DNA of 64,000 bases from contig NC_068994.1 of NCBI RefSeq assembly GCF_001194135.2, positions 50,470,368-50,534,367 of the forward strand, written 5' to 3'. Below the pieces are notes generated by a model. The model made no database searches. It was not told the DNA's origin and saw only the letters and a list, made by a program, of their open reading frames with translations. Positions 58,239 to 64,000 of this stretch are shown piece by piece. Origin of the DNA: Octopus bimaculoides. Its lineage: Eukaryota. Both the position numbers and the translations under genes were made by a program. Within the stretch, counting starts at the first letter, position 1; each line of letters begins with the position of its first letter.

Positions 58239-59447
58239 CTGAAAGATTACCTTTAATAAACGTGAAACTTTCAAGGAAGATTTCTTGAAAAGCAAAGAAA
58301 TATACAACCCACCCCAACACAAAAAATTATTATTATCATTATTATTGATTGTTACTAAGAATGATAATTAATCAAAGAGAGAATTTTGGATGCTTTCAAA
58401 TGATAAAAGTTACAAAATCAAAAATATAAAAAGACAAAGACACTAAGTTTAAATCAAATTCATTACATCAAAGAATCAAAGAGGTAAAAGAAGAAAAAAC
58501 CTAATTAAGCAACGGATGGAATGATCAAATTTCACACTGTATTCTAAATAACAAACAATTTTTAAAACTTAGTTAATTAGAAAGCAATTTGCTGCCTTTG
58601 GTTTTGAAAAATGACGCAAAACATCAACAATTGCTGAATTTCTGAAGAATAGTAGCAATATGGTATTTATTTTAATTTTGAGATGATTCCATAGTGATTG
58701 TCATTAATCTTTGAAGATATTCACGGAAACGTAAGAAAATGTTTTCGCACACATCGAGTAATTAGCGAAACCAGCTTCCCTGTGCTAAACAAAACTTTAA
58801 GGGTAAATGGAAGGCAGGGGGGAAATCTGTGCAAGCTTTTCTAATAGGTTTTCAAAATATTCAAAGAACAGCTATTCTTTTAATATTTATTCTTATAAAA
58901 CAACATACAATAATCTTCAACAAGAATTTGTTGCATTAATCTCTCTGAAATTAAAAATACAATGCAGGCAAAGTTTCGTAATATTTAACAATATCATGAT
59001 TAAAATTCAACAAATTAAGCTTCAGTTTCCATGTATTTGTTTTATTTATTCATTCATTTATTTTTTTCCCTCCAAATTCCATTTACTTTAAATATTAACG
59101 AAACTAAAAAGGGAATGAAGAGACACAGTGGACAAAAACAAAAATATTTCCATATCGATTTAGACACTTTGAGAGAAATAGCAGAGAAGAAATAATCTTT
59201 TAAATGAATGCATGAACTAGTCAGAAACAAACAGAAGATAAACAAACAAACACAACTCAAATTAAAACCCAAAACAACCTATTAACTACACGAAATTCCT
59301 ATAAGAATTGGATGAGATATGACAGCTCGGCCGTCTCTCCCCAGTTCTTATATTAATCATTAAAATCCAGAAATACAACAACACGAGGAATAACGGTAAC
59401 AACAGACCAATACTTTATTCTAGGTTGGTGTAGAGGCGTTTCGTTCC

Positions 59448-59701
59448 TGGGTGAACAGGCTTGCCGCTAGAATACCAAAGAAGCTTCGACCACATGGAGG
59501 AACGTCCTGTCACGACGTTTGCTGGATGCATAAGAGATACGTGTTGTCGCCACCACTGCTAGAGAGAAAAGAGAGCGAACGCTATTGGTTTTTCTCCACC
59601 TGTTGCATTGCGCATGCATGCTCGGGTACTTCCGCTGGCGGCAAATCCCTTGCACATGCGCAATGGCACTTCCCAAGATGGGGGCCACACGCGCCACTAC
59701 A
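59448..59701 (-). repeat. Putative 3' LTR; may extend to about 59320
   Basis: 254-bp copy preceded on the minus strand by a PPT-like tract (about 59705-59718). A minus-strand AATAAA at 59414-59419 followed by GT-rich sequence suggests R/U5 continues beyond the shared part. Confidence 0.65.
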
Positions 59702-60223
59702 ATGTCTCCCCCCACTCCGAGTGCATAGCACGAAACAAGGAAAGTGTAGAGAGCGAGGAAACAAGATGGCCGCCGAACCCAGAAAACATGGCTAAAATTA
59801 TACAATGAAAAAACAAAAATTGTTTTGTTAAAACAAAGAATGACAAGCTCAATAAATTTGCAAAGCAATGCTNNNNNNNNNNAACAAAAATTGTTTTGTT
59901 AAAACAAAGAATGACAAGCTCAATAAATTTGCAAAGCAATGCTGTGTCGGATGCAATAATGGAAGCAAAACTTTTGCATCCGACACGATGTGAGTAAGAA
60001 AAGAAGTTCTGTTCAACATGAAAAGTTCAGCCAGACCTAGAGATAAAGGGTTTGTGCGAAAAAAAGTTGCAACGAAGGTGTTGGCGTGAGAAAATGTGTA
60101 TGCAAAGGTTGAAACAATATGTAATGTGTACATATTTTCTTTTAGCACGTTACTGTGCACAGAAATGAAAGAAAAACAATGTTTGTTTGTACAGAGAAAT
60201 GAAATGCCGGCGGCACAAAAATG

Positions 60224-60414
60224 TCAAATGTATATTGTTTTGGAAAGTTTCTTTGGCCAATGCACTGTCCGGCCAGATCTAGTGACATAAGGGTCACTTG
60301 AGTTTTGTCGCAACGACGAAGGTGGAGTGGTTTCTGGTGTGTGTGTGTTTGTGATGGTATTGATGTTGGTGTATGCATTGGTAAAGATGTTGACAGTGGT
60401 GTGTGCGGTGTTCG
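60224..60414 (-). pseudogene. C-terminal tail of a Gypsy-like Pol/integrase (...PETTPPSSLRQNSSDPYVTRSGRTVHWPKKLSKTIYI*)
   Basis: A T/P/S-rich linker followed by TRSGRxVxxPxxL, a motif common at the C-terminus of metazoan Ty3/Gypsy Pol. It is co-oriented with the PPT and LTR. Upstream sequence is lost in the gap 60415-60977. Confidence 0.6.
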
Positions 60415-61257
60415 NNNNNNNNNNNNNNNNNNNNNNNNNNNNNNNNNNNNNNNNNNNNNNNNNNNNNNNNNNNNNNNNNNNNNNNNNNNNNNNNNNNNNN
60501 NNNNNNNNNNNNNNNNNNNNNNNNNNNNNNNNNNNNNNNNNNNNNNNNNNNNNNNNNNNNNNNNNNNNNNNNNNNNNNNNNNNNNNNNNNNNNNNNNNNN
60601 NNNNNNNNNNNNNNNNNNNNNNNNNNNNNNNNNNNNNNNNNNNNNNNNNNNNNNNNNNNNNNNNNNNNNNNNNNNNNNNNNNNNNNNNNNNNNNNNNNNN
60701 NNNNNNNNNNNNNNNNNNNNNNNNNNNNNNNNNNNNNNNNNNNNNNNNNNNNNNNNNNNNNNNNNNNNNNNNNNNNNNNNNNNNNNNNNNNNNNNNNNNN
60801 NNNNNNNNNNNNNNNNNNNNNNNNNNNNNNNNNNNNNNNNNNNNNNNNNNNNNNNNNNNNNNNNNNNNNNNNNNNNNNNNNNNNNNNNNNNNNNNNNNNN
60901 NNNNNNNNNNNNNNNNNNNNNNNNNNNNNNNNNNNNNNNNNNNNNNNNNNNNNNNNNNNNNNNNNNNNNNNNNNNNATATAAACACAATAATAGGCAGGC
61001 CGTCATGTAAACAAAGTGTATGTGTATACAAACATGGATGCATGTGTGTGCAAGTAATACAGAGCATAGAAAAGAGTCTATAAGGGCGTTAGAAGAAAGT
61101 CCAGACACAAGGGTAGTAAATACCAGTTCGTAGTTAGGGTACACAGTAGATTGAAAGTCTGTATATAAGAGGTTGAGGCGTGGAGGCAGAGCTAAGTCAC
61201 ATGTCGTGAAGTTGAGGCTTCTATGCCGATGCCGGTTACTTGATACAGAAGTTCTCG

Positions 61258-61535
61258 CAGGTGAACAGGCATGCCGCTAGAATACCAAAGAAGCTTCGAC
61301 CACATGTCGGGGTCGAGTTGTGACAGCCTGGAGGAACGTCCTGTAACGATGTTTGCTGGATGGATAAGAGATACGTGTTGTCGCCACCGCTGCTAGAGAG
61401 AAAAGAGAGCGAACGCTATTGGTTTTTCTCCACTTGTTGCATTGCGCATGCGTGCTCGGGTACTTCCGCTGACGGCAAATCCCTTGCACATGCACAATGG
61501 CACTTCCCAAGATGGCGGCCACACGTGCCACTACA
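61258..61535 (-). repeat. Putative 5' LTR or related solo LTR
   Basis: 278-bp copy, about 95% identical to 59448-59701 outside the 24-nt insertion. No TGG-starting PBS follows the shared segment. Confidence 0.6.
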
Positions 61536-61742
61536 TTCCTTTCTCTACAAATGTGTAAGTCCAACTGTATTTAGAACAGCATTGCTTCTTAACATCCAAC
61601 TAATTTTTAAGTATTTAAATGCAATGTTTTCCAAAGTTGCACTGCAAAGGGTGTCTAAATACATGGTAGGTGTTTAGAAATAAATGTTAAGACTTTAAGA
61701 AAATTATACTAATGTTCAAGTGTCTTGAAAGACATGTTATTC

Positions 61743-62030
61743 ACAGGTAGGACTGTGTGGTAAGAATTTTGCATCCCAACTAATTGGTTCCCAGTTCAAA
61801 CTCACCATGTGGTACATGTCTTCTACTACATAACCTTGGGCTGTCCAAAGCCTAGTGAGTGGATTTGGTAGAAAGAAACTGAAAGAAGAACATTGTGGTG
61901 TGCATGTATGACTGCCTTTGGATCTGTGTTTGTCCTACACCACTGCTTGACACTGCCTTTGGATCTGTGTTTGTCCTACACCACTGCTTGACAATCAATG
62001 TTGGTGTGTTCACGTACCCATAACTTACTA
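61743..62030 (+). mobile_element. SINE family A, degenerate, with an internal perfect 41-bp tandem duplication (61911-61951 / 61952-61992)
   Basis: Head and core are recognisable; unit ACTGCCTTTGGATCTGTGTTTGTCCTACACCACTGCTTGAC occurs twice. Confidence 0.75.
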
Positions 62031-62371
62031 GTTGTGAGTGAGTGAGAGAGAGAGTTGCACCGGCACTCATTTTCAGCTGGGTGCATTGAAGAAAAAGGAA
62101 ATGAAGTGCTTTGCTCAAGGACAGGTCGCACCACCTGGTCCTGAAATTGGATACACAACCATTAGGCCATGCACCCACCTACGCACACATTATCAGCAGC
62201 AAAAAGAGTCTTCATGGGTAATTAGATATTAAGTTGAAATTTACAGAAAAATGAAAGATGAAGACAGGTGTATAAACAGCAAGCAGATGTATTAGTTTGA
62301 CGCTCAGGAAAGTGAGAAAATCTTTTAGGTTTCAAGCCTATGCTTTTCAAGAGAAAGGAACATGAGGAAAT

Positions 62372-62409
<38 letters not shown>

Positions 62410-63307
62410 TATAAAAACTTGTGGATTTAGCAATCAATCATGGCGACTGAACTCTTTTTTCCTCATTCTTTAGTGAGAAGCATAAAAGTATTCCTAAAAA
62501 ACAGTTTAAAACAGCAGAAATCTAATCGTGAAAGGTTCAACCAAAGAAAACTAACATACACTACTCACTATTTAACACCTTACCTTGAACATACACGAAA
62601 AGCACACAATACATATACATGAACCCTCCAACAGGTTGCAATACCAGTTCATTTGTTCTAATATTTATATTAACACTTAAACCTTTAAATTTTTTACCCA
62701 TAAGTTAATCCATTATACATAAAATACAGAAGTGAGCTATTTACCAGCAGAATACAAGATTATCCTGCAGGTTTGATTCTCCAGAGATCTACATAGTTTC
62801 ATTTCTTTTTTTGAACTTGTGATTTCCAGATAAAAATCTGGAGATACATGGGCTCCCCCTTGAGCAGGCTTGATTTTTGATTTACCAAAGAAAAAAAAAA
62901 TCTCTTTGATGGTGACTCCAGAACCCTTTTTCATGCCATACAAAAACCTAGCAGTTTTTCTCCCATCCCTTTTTTATAGCTTGTGAAGAACATAAAGTAA
63001 AGGAGTTAATAAGTAGGCCTGTAGAGTTATGGTCTTGCATTCTATGGGGTGCAGCAGGAACCCCCCTCCCCCACTAGCTTTTTATGCTACTAGTAAGGTT
63101 GGGAAGATGGTAACTTTGTCTTGATTAAGCTAATGTTTCACTGTTTTTTTTTGTTTTGTTTTTTGTCTCCATCAACTCCTCGTGGCGATATGGTTTGTAC
63201 CAGTGCATACACTGCACTTGCTGTTGAAATGTTTATCAATAATGTTGAATCATAAGTTTTTTTTTTCTTTTCCTTTTTTTGCCCCCAACTTTGTATAATA
63301 CATTTAA

Positions 63308-63526
63308 CCCTTTCATTACCAACCTGGCTGAAACTGGCTCTGGCTCTATAGTACAAATGTCTTGTTTTCACGTTTTGAATTGAAATCTTCCACCAAACCT
63401 TAGTCGCAATTTATGTTCCTAACACTAGATTAATGATAACCAAGTTGTTTTACTAAATTCTTTGTTATATCTAAGATAATTGAAAGAAACACAGAGCATC
63501 TCAAAATAAATACGGTAATGAAAGGG
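63308..63526. mobile_element. piggyBac-type MITE, family P2
   Basis: TTAA|CCCTTTCATTACC...GGTAATGAAAGGG|TTAA, a perfect 13-bp TIR, 219 bp. The interior is unrelated to P1. Confidence 0.9.
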
Positions 63527-63889
63527 TTAAGCATTCAAGCTAAAACATAAAGCTAACAAACAGTAACTAAATACTACAGAAAGCCAAGGAATTTCTGCAA
63601 ATTTCCAATGACGTTTCCTTTTTCCTTTTTATTTTTTAGACAAATGTTTTAAGCATAAAAAGGAACATTCCATTGTATAAACAATCCTACTCAAATCACA
63701 GTTCTAAAGTAGAGAGAGAGAGAGAGCATGTGTGCATGCGTGCGTGCATGCGACAGATTTTTCCATGTCCAAACACAATGACCACTTAATTTTCACATCA
63801 GTTTAACAGAAATAAGGACAGCATTGTTTACTTAAAACTGAAGCAGCAACTCTAAATTTCAAATGAAATTCAAGAAATATATACTAAAG

Positions 63890-64000
63890 CCACAAGGCCT
63901 ACATTAAATTTTGAGGGAGGGAAGGGAGCTAGTTGATTACATTGACCAAGTGTTCAACTAGTACAGCCCTAAAAGGATGAAAGGCAAAGTTGACCTCCGT
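63890..64000 (-). mobile_element. SINE family B, cut by the window end
   Basis: CACAAGGCC...GTTGATTACATTGACC...GGATGAAAGGCAAAGTTGACCTC. Confidence 0.75.

Larger units (their letters stand above)
59448..61535 (-). mobile_element. Ty3/Gypsy-like LTR retrotransposon remnant, compact and interrupted by an N gap
   Basis: Two direct repeats (59448-59701 and 61258-61535) differ by 13 substitutions plus a 24-nt indel, and both begin TGTAGT on the minus strand. A purine tract GGAGTGGGGGGAGA sits just 5' of the left copy only. A pol-tail-like peptide lies internally. TTCC occurs on both outer flanks. Confidence 0.7.

Noticed and set aside
59451-59868. ORFs of 114 and 133 aa, and similar ones at 61277-61677
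   Set aside because: They lie inside the LTR-like repeat, where higher GC lowers stop frequency. The two copies differ by frame-disrupting changes and I recognise no domain.
59812-59943. Exact 61-bp duplication on both sides of a 10-N gap
   Set aside because: Typical unmerged contig overlap, not a biological tandem repeat.
59448-61535. Interpretation as a simple tandem duplication of a host bidirectional promoter
   Set aside because: Less favoured than an LTR pair: homology ends exactly at TGTAGT, a PPT adjoins one copy only, and a Pol-tail motif lies between. Not fully excluded.

Overview
AT-rich, repeat-dense animal genomic DNA with many N gaps. The SINE, RTE-LINE and microsatellite landscape looks like octopus or another coleoid cephalopod (inference, no database check). 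One protein-coding gene spans the window on the minus strand: C-terminal binding protein (CtBP). I assembled six GT-AG coding exons by hand: 56062-56023, 19106-18949, 12570-12426, 8097-7891, 6684-6586 and 5287-5162. They join in frame into 258 codons running from MDPGNKRARFDKP to KQMRP-G. The remaining C-terminal exons are not visible in 1-5161. Three of these exons (56062-56023, 19106-18949, 5287-5162) are absent from the supplied ORF track in the correct frame. The roughly 37 kb first coding intron holds a good candidate 39-nt in-frame cassette exon and weaker microexon candidates. Upstream and co-oriented with CtBP lies a compact Ty3/Gypsy-like LTR remnant (59448-61535) with a motif-rich, CpG-containing LTR. 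The rest is SINEs of two main families, RTE LINE fragments, piggyBac, hAT, TcMar and Helentron-type non-autonomous elements, and microsatellites. I see no CRISPR array, rRNA or genuine tRNA, and no clearly novel multi-gene system. The best leads are alternative CtBP N-termini and a possible LTR-derived promoter.
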